This document shows, in pieces, positions 27,738-37,300 of a DNA stretch of 64,000 nucleotides. Position 1 is the first letter of the stretch. Every line of letters begins with the position of its first letter. The position numbers and the translations under genes are program-made. The notes under the pieces were generated by a model, which worked only from the letters and a program-made list of their open reading frames with translations, did no database searches and had not been told where the DNA came from. Source of the DNA: Bacteroidota bacterium (GTDB lineage Bacteria > Bacteroidota > Bacteroidia > Chitinophagales > Saprospiraceae). Where the stretch lies: NCBI GenBank assembly GCA_041183125.1, contig JBEGMH010000344.1, forward strand, positions 3,522 to 67,521, written 5' to 3'.

Positions 27738-28375
27738 GGTGTTTTTGCAAAAAAGTCGAGTAACGCGCGTACCTGGGCCTCGGCAAAACGCTCTATGAAA
27801 TCTTCCCGGAACAGCAGCACAGCATCCTCGTATTGGTCAAAAAACAAGTGCTCGATCAAGATAGCGGGCATTTGGGTATCGCGGATAATCTGGTAGTCCG
27901 CTTCTTTGTCCCGGTCGCCATCCGATAGATCGGAGCGCATAGTGATCTCTTTTCCGAGCAGGTTTTCCACATGGCCCCAATAGATCTCGGCCAGGTCGTC
28001 GCTCCGGGTCTTTCCCCGGGTGGTGTACACTTCAAACCCGCGCGCTGTATGGGAGAAAGAAGCGTTGGCGTGACTGGACACCAGGGCACAGTTGGGGTAG
28101 TGTTTGTAGTACCAATTTGCTTTTTCCACCCGGTACGTGAGGCTCAGGTCTAGCCAGGGGTGGCTCAGCAGTACGAAAGGGTGGTTCAGGTCGCGCAACT
28201 TGGAGGCTACGGCATGGACCATGGCCCGGTTCCAGACGCCCTCATAGAACCAGCCCTCTTTGTGGAACTGACCCTTGGCGTGTTGGTATTCCTTAGAGGG
28301 AGAGGTCGTGTAGCGACCTGCCGGGTCGAGCCCCCCGTGGCCGGCGTCGAGCAATATCAGGCATTCTGAGGACAT
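27734..28375 (-). CDS. N-acetylmuramoyl-L-alanine amidase (Amidase_3 family)
   Basis: 213-aa ORF with ILLDAGHGG, SSHANAS and LIEHLFFD motifs. Its stop overlaps the PolX-like start (ATGA, 27734-27737). Confidence 0.8.
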   Translation of the reverse strand: MSSECLILLDAGHGGLDPAGRYTTSPSKEYQHAKGQFHKEGWFYEGVWNRAMVHAVASKLRDLNHPFVLLSHPWLDLSLTYRVEKANWYYKHYPNCALVSSHANASFSHTARGFEVYTTRGKTRSDDLAEIYWGHVENLLGKEITMRSDLSDGDRDKEADYQIIRDTQMPAILIEHLFFDQYEDAVLLFREDFIERFAEAQVRALLDFFAKTP

Positions 28376-28467
28376 AAGATAGAGGTTTTTGAAAATCTGC
28401 CCTCAATGCCCCAAAAAAGGCTGTTTTTGGGGCTTGTTGGGAGATTCCCTGCAATATAGCCCTTTTG

Positions 28468-28794
28468 TCAGGCTTGTCCAACGATAGGCATGTTAAAACT
28501 CATGGGCGGTATGGGAGGTTCTTCTTTGGACTCAATAGAGCCGAACTGGGCCTCGTAGCGCCGGACATTGTCGGCGAGGGCCTGGATCAGTCGTTTAGCG
28601 TGTTCGGGGGTTACGATGACCCGGGCTTTGACTTTTGCCTTGGGCACATTGGGCACCAACCGCACGAAGTCCAGTACGAATTCCGAATGAGAGTGGCTGA
28701 TGATTGCCAGATTGGCATAGGTGCCTTCTGCGATATCCTCCGGCAGCTCGATGTTGAGCTGATTGGGGTTGTTTTCCGTGTTCCTATCGTCCAT
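28468..28794 (-). CDS. DUF3467 domain-containing protein
   Basis: The ORF-track entry is 28468-28911, but its Lys/Arg-rich N-terminus is an alternate-frame read of the topA tail. I place the start at the Met at 28794 (MDDRNTENNPNQLNIELPEDIAEGTYANLAIISHSHSEFVLDF), 4 nt after the topA stop. Confidence 0.7.
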   Translation of the reverse strand: MDDRNTENNPNQLNIELPEDIAEGTYANLAIISHSHSEFVLDFVRLVPNVPKAKVKARVIVTPEHAKRLIQALADNVRRYEAQFGSIESKEEPPIPPMSFNMPIVGQA

Positions 28795-28798
28795 AGTG

Positions 28799-31408
28799 CT
28801 ATTTTTTAGTCGTTTTTGACGTTTTTGAGGTACCCGCCTTTTCTTTTTTGGGGGCAGCTTTCCCGGTCGTTGCTGTTTTCTTTTCTGCGGCTTTTTTCGT
28901 TTTGAAAGCATCCGGTATAGCTGCTTCCACGATTGCTTTGACCTCTTCCAGGCTGAGGAGGGCAGCTTGTTCGGCGGTCATTTTTTCGTTATTGACCCGG
29001 GGCAGGTTTACGTTTTCCTTTTTAAACCGGATAAAAGGCCCCCAGCGGCCATTTTCGATGATGATATGCTCCTCGGGCCATTGCTGGATATAGCGGTTGG
29101 CCTCTTTTTCGAGCTTGGCTGCGATCAACTCCTGCACTTGCTGCGGGGTGATGCGGTCGAAATCCACTTTAGCGGGTACGTTGACATAGAGATCGCCCCA
29201 TTTCAGGAAAGGACCGAAGCGGCCCTTGCCTTTGGTGACGGGCTGCCCTTGGTACGTAGCGACGGGGGCGTCTGCTTCTTCTTTTTGGCGGATGAGTTCC
29301 AGTGCCCGTTCCAGGTTGACCGTTAGGGGATCTTCCCCACGGCTCAGGGAGACAAATTTTTCTCCATACCGGACGTAGGGCCCGTAGCGACCCACGCCGA
29401 CCGCTACTTCTTCGCCCTTGTGTTCCCCCAGGACTTTGGGCAATTCAAAGAGGTTGAGCGCCTCTTCAAACGTAATGGTTTCAATAGATTGGCCGCTCCT
29501 CAGGTTTGCGTAGCGCGGCTTATCGCCCTCCCCTATTTCCTCCGGGAGGCCGATTTGCACGACGGGCCCCAGGCGGGTCATGCGCGTGAGCATCGTCAGG
29601 CCCGACTTAGGTTCCTTGCCCAGGATACGCTCCCGGGTGGGTCGGTCTGCTGATTCCATGGTAGCCTCGACCGTTTCGTGGAAAGGCCAGTAGAAGTCGT
29701 TGAGCATGTGGGTCCATTCCAGCCCACCGGCGGCGATGTCGTCGAACAACTTTTCGATTTCAGCGGTGAACTTATAGTCCATGATTTTCTCGAAATGGGC
29801 ATCGAGAAAATCGCTGACCGTGATACCTATATCCGTGGGAAAGAGCCTGTTTTGTACGGCACCCGTCTGTTCGCTCAACGTAGCGGCTTCGATCTTGCCC
29901 TGGTGCAACCTGAGTTGGCGGTAAGGGCGTGCAGTACCTTCCCTGCTTTCTTTGACCACATAGCCCCGGCCTTCCTCCATGATTTTACTGATGGTGGGGG
30001 CGTACGTCGAAGGCCGTCCGATGCCGAGTTCTTCGAGTTTTTTCACCAAGCCTGCCTCTGTATAGCGGGCGGGGGGACGGGTGAAACGCTCCGTGGCGTT
30101 CATTTCATCGAGGGGCAGCACCTGCTGGAGGGACAGCGGGGGCAGTATGCCTTTTGTACCCTCCTCTTCCTCATCGTCGTTTGATTCCAGATAGACCCTG
30201 AGGAAGCCGTCGAATTTGAGCACCTCCCCCTCGGCCTGCAGGAAGGTGCCCGGCAGGGAGGAGACATCGATCTGCACCACTGTCTTTTCTAATTCTGCGT
30301 CGGCCATTTGGGAGGCGATGGTACGCTTCCAGATCAGTTCGTAGAGGCGTTGTTCGTCGCGTTGCGAGCCGGCGTTCTGCACCTGTATGTAAGTAGGGCG
30401 GATCGCTTCGTGCGCTTCCTGGGCGTTGGCCGATTTGCTTTTGAAGCGGCGGACTTGCACATAGTGGGTGCCATAGTTCTTTTCCACGGCTTCTGAAATA
30501 GACGCCAGGGCTAATTCGCTGAGGTTCGTAGAGTCCGTACGCATGTACGTGATATGGCCTTCCTCATAAAGCCGTTGGGCCACGTTCATGGTCCGTTGCA
30601 CGGAGAAGCCCAGTTTCCTGCTGGCTTCCTGCTGGAGGGTGGACGTAGTGAAGGGGGCGGCCGGTTTCCGTTTGAGCGGGCGCAGTTCGATTTTTCCGAT
30701 TTGGAACGTTGCGCCGATACATTTTTGGAGGAAAGTCTCGGCGTCGCGTTCTGCGGGGAAGCGCTCGGGGAGTTCTGCCCGGAGGGGTACTATTTTGCCC
30801 TGCTCATTTTTTACCAGGAAGACCGCGTCTATTTTGAAATAAGGTTCTGTATTGAAATGTTGGATTTCCCGTTCCCGTTCGACGATCAGTTTGACGGCGA
30901 CGGACTGCACCCGTCCGGCGGAGAGTTTGCCGCGCACTTTTTTCCATAGGATTTCGGAGAGTTCATAGCCGACGAGCCGGTCCAGCACCCGTCTTGCTTG
31001 CTGGGCATTGACCAGGTTGAGGTCCACTGAGCGGGGACGTTGGATGGCCTTTTCGATGGCGGGTTTCGTGATTTCGCGAAACACGATGCGCTTGGTCGTG
31101 TGTGGGTCCAGGCCTAACACTTCACAGAGGTGCCAGGAAATAGCTTCCCCTTCGCGGTCTTCGTCTGTAGCGAGCCAAACCTCATCTACTTTTTTCACCC
31201 ATTCTTTGAGCTCTTTGACCACCTTATACTTCTCCGGCGACACGACGTAGTTAGACCGGAAGCGGTCGTTCACATCTATGGCCGCATTTCCTTTTTCCAG
31301 GTCGCGGACGTGCCCGTAGCTGGATTTCACCGTGAAGTCCTTGCCGAGATACTTCTCTATGGTCTTTGCTTTGGCAGGTGATTCGACAATGAGCAGACTC
31401 CTGGGCAT
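28799..31408 (-). CDS. topA: DNA topoisomerase I
   Basis: 869-aa ORF. It has a Toprim N-terminus (LLIVESPAKAKTIEKYLG) and type IA core motifs throughout. There is a Lys-rich C-terminal tail (KTKKAAEKKTATTGKAAPKKEKAGTSKTSKTTKK). Confidence 0.95.
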   Translation of the reverse strand: MPRSLLIVESPAKAKTIEKYLGKDFTVKSSYGHVRDLEKGNAAIDVNDRFRSNYVVSPEKYKVVKELKEWVKKVDEVWLATDEDREGEAISWHLCEVLGLDPHTTKRIVFREITKPAIEKAIQRPRSVDLNLVNAQQARRVLDRLVGYELSEILWKKVRGKLSAGRVQSVAVKLIVEREREIQHFNTEPYFKIDAVFLVKNEQGKIVPLRAELPERFPAERDAETFLQKCIGATFQIGKIELRPLKRKPAAPFTTSTLQQEASRKLGFSVQRTMNVAQRLYEEGHITYMRTDSTNLSELALASISEAVEKNYGTHYVQVRRFKSKSANAQEAHEAIRPTYIQVQNAGSQRDEQRLYELIWKRTIASQMADAELEKTVVQIDVSSLPGTFLQAEGEVLKFDGFLRVYLESNDDEEEEGTKGILPPLSLQQVLPLDEMNATERFTRPPARYTEAGLVKKLEELGIGRPSTYAPTISKIMEEGRGYVVKESREGTARPYRQLRLHQGKIEAATLSEQTGAVQNRLFPTDIGITVSDFLDAHFEKIMDYKFTAEIEKLFDDIAAGGLEWTHMLNDFYWPFHETVEATMESADRPTRERILGKEPKSGLTMLTRMTRLGPVVQIGLPEEIGEGDKPRYANLRSGQSIETITFEEALNLFELPKVLGEHKGEEVAVGVGRYGPYVRYGEKFVSLSRGEDPLTVNLERALELIRQKEEADAPVATYQGQPVTKGKGRFGPFLKWGDLYVNVPAKVDFDRITPQQVQELIAAKLEKEANRYIQQWPEEHIIIENGRWGPFIRFKKENVNLPRVNNEKMTAEQAALLSLEEVKAIVEAAIPDAFKTKKAAEKKTATTGKAAPKKEKAGTSKTSKTTKK

Positions 31409-31631
31409 TATTTGTTTCGTTTAAAAGTAAGGAAAGGAAGCTCGGCAACCCCGGCACCATGTTTACGAGGGCAAAAGTAAAAATTTTCAACATAGTTCGC
31501 CATGCTTGAAAAAATTAGGCGCTTTTGTCGTATTATGGCGTTTGTGGGAAAGGGCTGTATAAAAAGCGGTGCCCCCAGAAGCAAGGGTAGAAAAAGAGCG
31601 TGGTTTGAAATATCGAAAACCATTTGAAAGT

Positions 31632-31718
31632 CAGATGGTTTATGAGGAATCAGAAAAGTGTGAAAAAGAGCCTTTTTGACCGCTGGACACGGTATTTCAA
31701 GTACGCCCTACAAACAAA
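31632..31718. repeat. palindromic intergenic repeat, copy G (degenerate)
   Basis: The segment CAGATGGTTTATGAGGAATCAGAAAAGTGTGAAAAAGAGCCTTTTTGACCGCTGG... retains the GAAAAAGNGCCTTTTTGACC core and a TGAGG arm. The right end is weak. It lies just upstream of the ATG at 31726. Confidence 0.4.
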
Positions 31719-31725
31719 ACATGCC

Positions 31726-32841
31726 ATGAAGCACATCTATGTAGCCGCAACGAGCCAACACGTGGGCAAAACGACTACCACGCTAGGACTGGTCGCAAAC
31801 CTGAAAGGCCGGGGGTTCAATACGGGCTACTGCAAGCCTGTGGGGCAGAAATCCATCGCGTGGGACGGGCTTGTCGCGGACAAAGACGCCGTGCTTTTTT
31901 CCGAGGTCATAGGCTTCAAGATAGACCCGGACATTCATAGCCCTGTGGTCTTGGGGCGAGGCGTGACCAAAGAATTTATCGAAGACAGCAGTCGCTACCA
32001 CTTTGAGGAGAAGTTGCTCCGTGCGCGCGACGTGCTGGAAAGCACGTATGACGTCGTCGTGTATGAAGGTACCGGGCACCCCGGTGTCGGCAGCGTAGTC
32101 AACCTATCCAACGCAAGAGTGGCCAAGATGCTGAGCGCGGGCACTATCATGGTAGTCGAAGGCGGCATAGGCAGCACAATTGATATGCTGAACATGTGCA
32201 CCTCCCTGTTTCGGGAGGAACAAGTCCCTGTGCTGGGCGTGATTGTCAATAAAGTCAAGCCGGAGAAAATGGAGGAAGTGGAATACTACCTGTCCAGGAA
32301 GCTCCGGGACCTGGACCTGCCCCTGCTGGGCATCCTGCCCTACGACAACACGCTTTCCCTCCCCATTCTGGAAACGGTGCGCCAGGCCATTGACGGGAAG
32401 GTAGTGTTCAATGAAGAATACATGAACAACCGAGTAGAAGACATCATAGCAGGTTCCCTGGTAGAGGTAGATGAGTTCCGGATTTTTGAAAATATTTTGT
32501 TGGTCACCAGTATGAACCGCTTGAAAGAAGCGGTTACAAAGGTCGAAAGCGTGGCCAAGATTAAACGGGGCGGGCACTGCCCTTTATCGGGGGTCATCGT
32601 GACGAGCGACGGGAAACACGAGCGCTGGTTCGATCCGGCCGACCTATACAACCCCTACCTCATGCAGCATAAAGTGCCCGTTATCACCACCACGTTGGAT
32701 ACGTTCGGCTCGGTAGTGAAAATAAGCCGGATAGAAGTAAAAATCAACAATCGAACCCCCTGGAAATCCATGCGGGCGATTGACTTAATCGGTCAATATG
32801 TTAACTTTGACGCGATTATGGACCGTTTCCACCTCAGATAG
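31726..32841 (+). CDS. BioD-like / phosphotransacetylase N-terminal-type P-loop protein with DRTGG domain
   Basis: The ORF-track entry is 31624-32841. I place the start at the Met at 31726 (MKHIYVAATSQHVGKTTTTLGL, P-loop); the upstream codons translate repeat copy G. The C-terminal half resembles a DRTGG domain. Confidence 0.7.
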   Translation: MKHIYVAATSQHVGKTTTTLGLVANLKGRGFNTGYCKPVGQKSIAWDGLVADKDAVLFSEVIGFKIDPDIHSPVVLGRGVTKEFIEDSSRYHFEEKLLRARDVLESTYDVVVYEGTGHPGVGSVVNLSNARVAKMLSAGTIMVVEGGIGSTIDMLNMCTSLFREEQVPVLGVIVNKVKPEKMEEVEYYLSRKLRDLDLPLLGILPYDNTLSLPILETVRQAIDGKVVFNEEYMNNRVEDIIAGSLVEVDEFRIFENILLVTSMNRLKEAVTKVESVAKIKRGGHCPLSGVIVTSDGKHERWFDPADLYNPYLMQHKVPVITTTLDTFGSVVKISRIEVKINNRTPWKSMRAIDLIGQYVNFDAIMDRFHLR

Positions 32842-32847
32842 GAAGAA

Positions 32848-32904
32848 CAGACGGATTGTGAGGGGAAGATTGCCCCCGCTCAACCCGCCCCAAACCACAA
32901 AACT
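32848..32904. repeat. short core-less variant of the palindromic repeat, copy K
   Basis: Sequence: CAGACGGATTGTGAGGGGAAGATTGCCCCCGCTCAACCCGCCCCAAACCACAAAACTG. The left arm matches copy C (AGAC..TTGTGAGGGG). The central A5GGCCT5 core is absent. It abuts the purB GTG start. Confidence 0.4.
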
Positions 32905-34239
32905 GTGCTCACTTCAATTTCCCCATTAGATGGGCGCTACGAGCGCCAAACCTCGGAACTCAGCGATTTTTTTTCCGAATTTGCCTTGATCAGGTACCGG
33001 GTATTTGTTGAAATCCAGTATTTCATTGCCCTTTGCAGGATACCACTGCCCCAGTTGGCCGACGTCCCGAAGCAGGCCCTGGACGAACTGGTGCGGTTCA
33101 CCAACCGCTTTTCTGTTGCCGACGCGGAGGCGGTCAAAGAAATAGAGCGCACGACGAACCACGACGTGAAGGCCGTCGAGTATTATTTAAAGGCTCACTT
33201 CCGTGAGGCTGGCCTCGGGAAGTATGCCGAGTTCATCCACTTTGGGCTCACCTCACAGGATATCAACAATACCGCCATCCCCCTGGGGCTGCGCAACGCA
33301 TTGGACTACGTATTATACCCTGCCCTGGGACAATTGTCCGGGCATCTATCCAACCTTGCAGAAGCGTGGCACGAGGTTCCCATGCTGGCCCGTACGCACG
33401 GGCAACCCGCCTCCCCTACCCGTCTGGGCAAGGAAATCCGCGTATTCGCAGAGCGCCTCGAAGGACAGGTGGCCCTGCTACAGGCCATCCCGCACCGGGC
33501 CAAATTTGGAGGTGCCACCGGAAATTTCAACGCCCATGCCGCCGCTTATCCGCACCTCGACTGGAAAGCCTTTGCCGACGCCTTTGCCGAGCAGTACCTC
33601 GGGCTGGTGCGAACGGCGACTACCACCCAGATCGAGCCCTACGACCATCTGGCCGCCCAGTGCCATGCCCTGTCCCGCATCAATACCATCTTGGTTGATT
33701 TTTGCCGCGACATCTGGGCATATATATCTATGGAGTACTTCAAACAGCGGATCGTTGCCGGAGAGGTGGGGTCTTCCGCTATGCCGCACAAAGTCAACCC
33801 GATAGATTTTGAAAACGCGGAAGGGAATTTGGGGCTTGCCAACGCCCTCTTTGCCCACTTAGCCGAAAAGCTGCCCGTTTCCCGTCTGCAGCGCGACCTG
33901 ACCGACAGCACCGTTCTGCGCAACCTGGGCGTTCCGGTCGGCCATACCCTATTAGCCATCAAATCCATACAGAAGGGTTTGGGCAAGTTGCTCCTAAACG
34001 AGGCAAAGATACAGGAAGACCTCTCCTCCAACTGGGCTGTCGTGGCAGAAGCTATCCAGACGATCCTGCGGAGGGAGGGCTACCCGGAACCCTATGAAGC
34101 CCTCAAAGCCCTGACCCGCGGAAAGGACACTATTACACGGGAAGTGATACGGGATTTTGTGGACGAATTGGCCCTTCCGGAGAGCGTAAAGGCTGAAATA
34201 AAGGCAATTAGCCCTTTCAATTACACAGGTTTAGCGTAA
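32905..34239 (+). CDS. purB: adenylosuccinate lyase
   Basis: 444-aa ORF with a GTG start. It has the N-terminal SPLDGRY motif and the fumarate-lyase signature GSSAMPHKVNP. Confidence 0.95.
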   Translation: MLTSISPLDGRYERQTSELSDFFSEFALIRYRVFVEIQYFIALCRIPLPQLADVPKQALDELVRFTNRFSVADAEAVKEIERTTNHDVKAVEYYLKAHFREAGLGKYAEFIHFGLTSQDINNTAIPLGLRNALDYVLYPALGQLSGHLSNLAEAWHEVPMLARTHGQPASPTRLGKEIRVFAERLEGQVALLQAIPHRAKFGGATGNFNAHAAAYPHLDWKAFADAFAEQYLGLVRTATTTQIEPYDHLAAQCHALSRINTILVDFCRDIWAYISMEYFKQRIVAGEVGSSAMPHKVNPIDFENAEGNLGLANALFAHLAEKLPVSRLQRDLTDSTVLRNLGVPVGHTLLAIKSIQKGLGKLLLNEAKIQEDLSSNWAVVAEAIQTILRREGYPEPYEALKALTRGKDTITREVIRDFVDELALPESVKAEIKAISPFNYTGLA

Positions 34240-34304
34240 GGCTGCGCGAGGGCGGATACGGGGCGCATATTGGTCGGCTGCTACAATTGTGCTATCATTG
34301 CAGT

Positions 34305-37300
34305 ATGACAAACGAAGTGATTGCCTCCGCGCTCTATCAGGAGCTACGAAAAATCCGGGATACCCCGGAAGAAGGTCCGTTGGAACAGGTCAAAGCGTAC
34401 TACGGGTTGCTTCAGTCGCTGTTCATAGAGGTCACGCAGCAAGAGCGGATGCGGTTCAGCACGCTTTTCTCCCGTATAGCGTACGCTGCGCAAAAGCACC
34501 GCTTTCACCGACATCTTCTTTTCTACCTGCACGCCTTTCGAAAACAGTCGAAAGATATGCTTCGTTCCGGACGGCTCTACGACGACAAGGCCTATCTACC
34601 GGAACTGGGCTATCGGGTGTTGTTGGAGTGCCTCCGGCAGCTCTTCCCCTTGGCCCTTGCCCCGGAGGAGGAATCCCTGTTGGCCTCTCCCTGGCCTTTC
34701 CCGCTAAAACCGGCCGAGATCACCGCGTTCAAGCCCTTTGCAAGGGTAGTTGCCCTGGCAGACCACCCTTCCCAGAAGCAGTTCCTTATCGTAGACGAAC
34801 GCGAGCCCGATGAAGAACGGCGCATGCAGTACGACCTGGCGGAGAGCAACGAGACCTTCAACCCCACGGTTTCCCTCATCAAACAGGTCTGCGGTTTCCC
34901 CGTCGTATTGCAGCTCCTCGACGTAGAAATAGACCAAAATGGCGTTTACCGCCCCAGGGCCCTCGTCTTAAACCCCGACTACCTGGTAGATGTTACCGCC
35001 ATCGCCGAGTGCTTCCGGGACAACACTACCCTGCCCGAGTCCTATCTGCTGCGCAAGTTCCTCGAAAAATCGAACCATCTTTCCCTGCTCCAGGGGCAAA
35101 TTGCCAACTTGTTTTTAGATGAGCTCATCCACCACCCGGAAAGCGAATTTTCCTCCGTGTTCGCAAAAACGTTCCAGATAAACCCCCTTCAATTTGCCGG
35201 AATTGAAGACGAGCAACTAAAACAACTGGTAGCCCAGTCGCGCACCCATTTTGACAACCTGAAGAAAGCCGTTCGGGAAGATCTGCCGGCAGAGGGGATC
35301 CAGCGGGCTTCCTGCTGCCTGGAACCCTCTTTCTACGCCCAGGAGTACGGTATCCAGGGACGTCTCGACCTGTTGTACCAGGAGGGTAAAAAGTCGGCTA
35401 TCGTAGAGTTGAAGAGCGGCAAAATCTACAAGCCGAACCGATACGGCCTCAATGCCAATAATTACGTCCAGACCCTTTTGTACGATTTGCTCATCCGTTC
35501 CACCTTCGGCAAGCAGGCCGACCCACGAAATTACATCCTATATTCCTCCGAGTCTACCCGGGCCTTGCGCTATGCCCCGGTAGCCAAATCGCAACAGTAC
35601 GAAGCGATGGCGGTGCGGAACCAGCTCCTGGGATACGAGTACCTACTGGCTGCTACCGGATCCAATTCCGTTTTGGGTAGGGGCGACTTGCTCGAGCAAG
35701 GTGAGCGTTTGCTCCGGATCGTGCGCTCACGGCAGAGCGAGGACCGCTTTTTCCGGGAGGATTCCCAGCGCTTCCTGTCCGCCGTAGAAGGGGCCGATGC
35801 AACGGAAAAGCGCTACTTTTTTGCCTTCTGCGGGTTCATTGCCCGCGAGCAACAATTGGCAAAAACGGGGATAGAAGGCGTAGAGAACGCAAATGGACAG
35901 GCAGCGCTGTGGCGAAACAGCACAGAAGAAAAAGAAGCCGACTTCGACATCCTGGCCCATTTGCGCATCCGGGAAAACCAAGCGGCGTCCGTACGGCCCC
36001 AGTTGTTGTTTGAGCGGACGGAGCGCACCAGTGCGATGGCCAATTTCCGGGAAGGCGACATTGCCATCCTGTACCCGCACAGCGATGCTTCCCCTTTGTC
36101 CAACCAGCTTTTGAAGTGTACCCTCATCGAACTATCGCCCGAAACCGTGCGCGTAGAGCTACGCGCCCGCCAAACCAACCCCGCTTTGTTTGAAAACAAT
36201 GCGTCGTGGTGCCTCGAGCACGATCTCATGGACAACTCGTATGCCAACATGTACCGCTCGCTGTTCGAGTTCCTGACCGCAGACCCCATACAAAAGCAAT
36301 GGCTGTTGGGCCGCAGTGCCCCCGGCCAGGACGAAGACCGGGGCATCCTGGAAAGCCCGCCCCAGGAGATGACCGTGGAACAACGGGCGGTTTTTCAAAA
36401 AATGCTCTGCTCCAGGGATTATTTTCTCCTCTGGGGCCCGCCTGGTACGGGCAAGACCAGCGTCATGTTAAAACACCTGGCAGGCCACTGGCTCGCCAAT
36501 GAGAGCGGCAACCTCCTGATCCTGGCGTTCACCAACCGCGCGGTGGACGAAATCTGCGCGGCGATAGAGTCCAACGGGCCGGAGGCCCGCGAGCAGTACC
36601 TGAGGATAGGTAGCCGCTACTCTACCGCACCTGCCTTTCAAGATCGGCTGCTGAGCGTGCAATCCGAACAAAGCCCACAGACCCGCAAGTCCGTGCTCGA
36701 CCTGGTGCAAAAACACCGCATCATCGTGGGCACGGTGGCGTCTATCTCCGGGAAGCCCGAACTGTTCAAGCTAAAGGTATTCGAACGGGCGGTCATAGAC
36801 GAAGCCTCCCAAATTCCAGAGCCTATGCTGATCGGTTTGCTGACCCGGTTTGCACACGTCACGCTGATCGGCGACCACAAGCAGTTGCCGGCAGTGGTCG
36901 CCCAGCCCGAGGCATGGAGTGCGGTAGAAGATGCTGCTTTAAACGAGCTGGGCGTACACAACCTACGGAACTCGCTTTTTGAGCGCCTGTACCGACGGTG
37001 CCAGGCCAAAGGGTGGGAGCATGCCTATGCTTGTCTGTCGCACCAAGGCCGCATGCACCAAGCCATCATGGCCTTTCCCAACCGCTTTTTTTACGAAGGG
37101 CGCTTACAGACCCTTCCGGAAGGAAATGCGGGCTTTTTTGCACAAGTTGCTCGTGAACTCTTCCCTCAATCGGTCTGTACGAATGCGTTTGAAGCCGCCC
37201 TGGCACAAAACCGGATGATCTTTGTGCCCGTGCCCTCGGAGCCAGGCCCGGGTACCAAAAAGACCAATGTCGCAGAGGCGGAAGCCGCCGCACGGATCTG

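Noticed and set aside
28795-28911. Lys/Arg-rich N-terminal 39 aa of ORF 28468-28911 overlapping the topA 3' end
   Set aside because: It is an alternate-frame reading of the Lys-rich topA tail. The DUF3467 homology begins at the Met at 28794.
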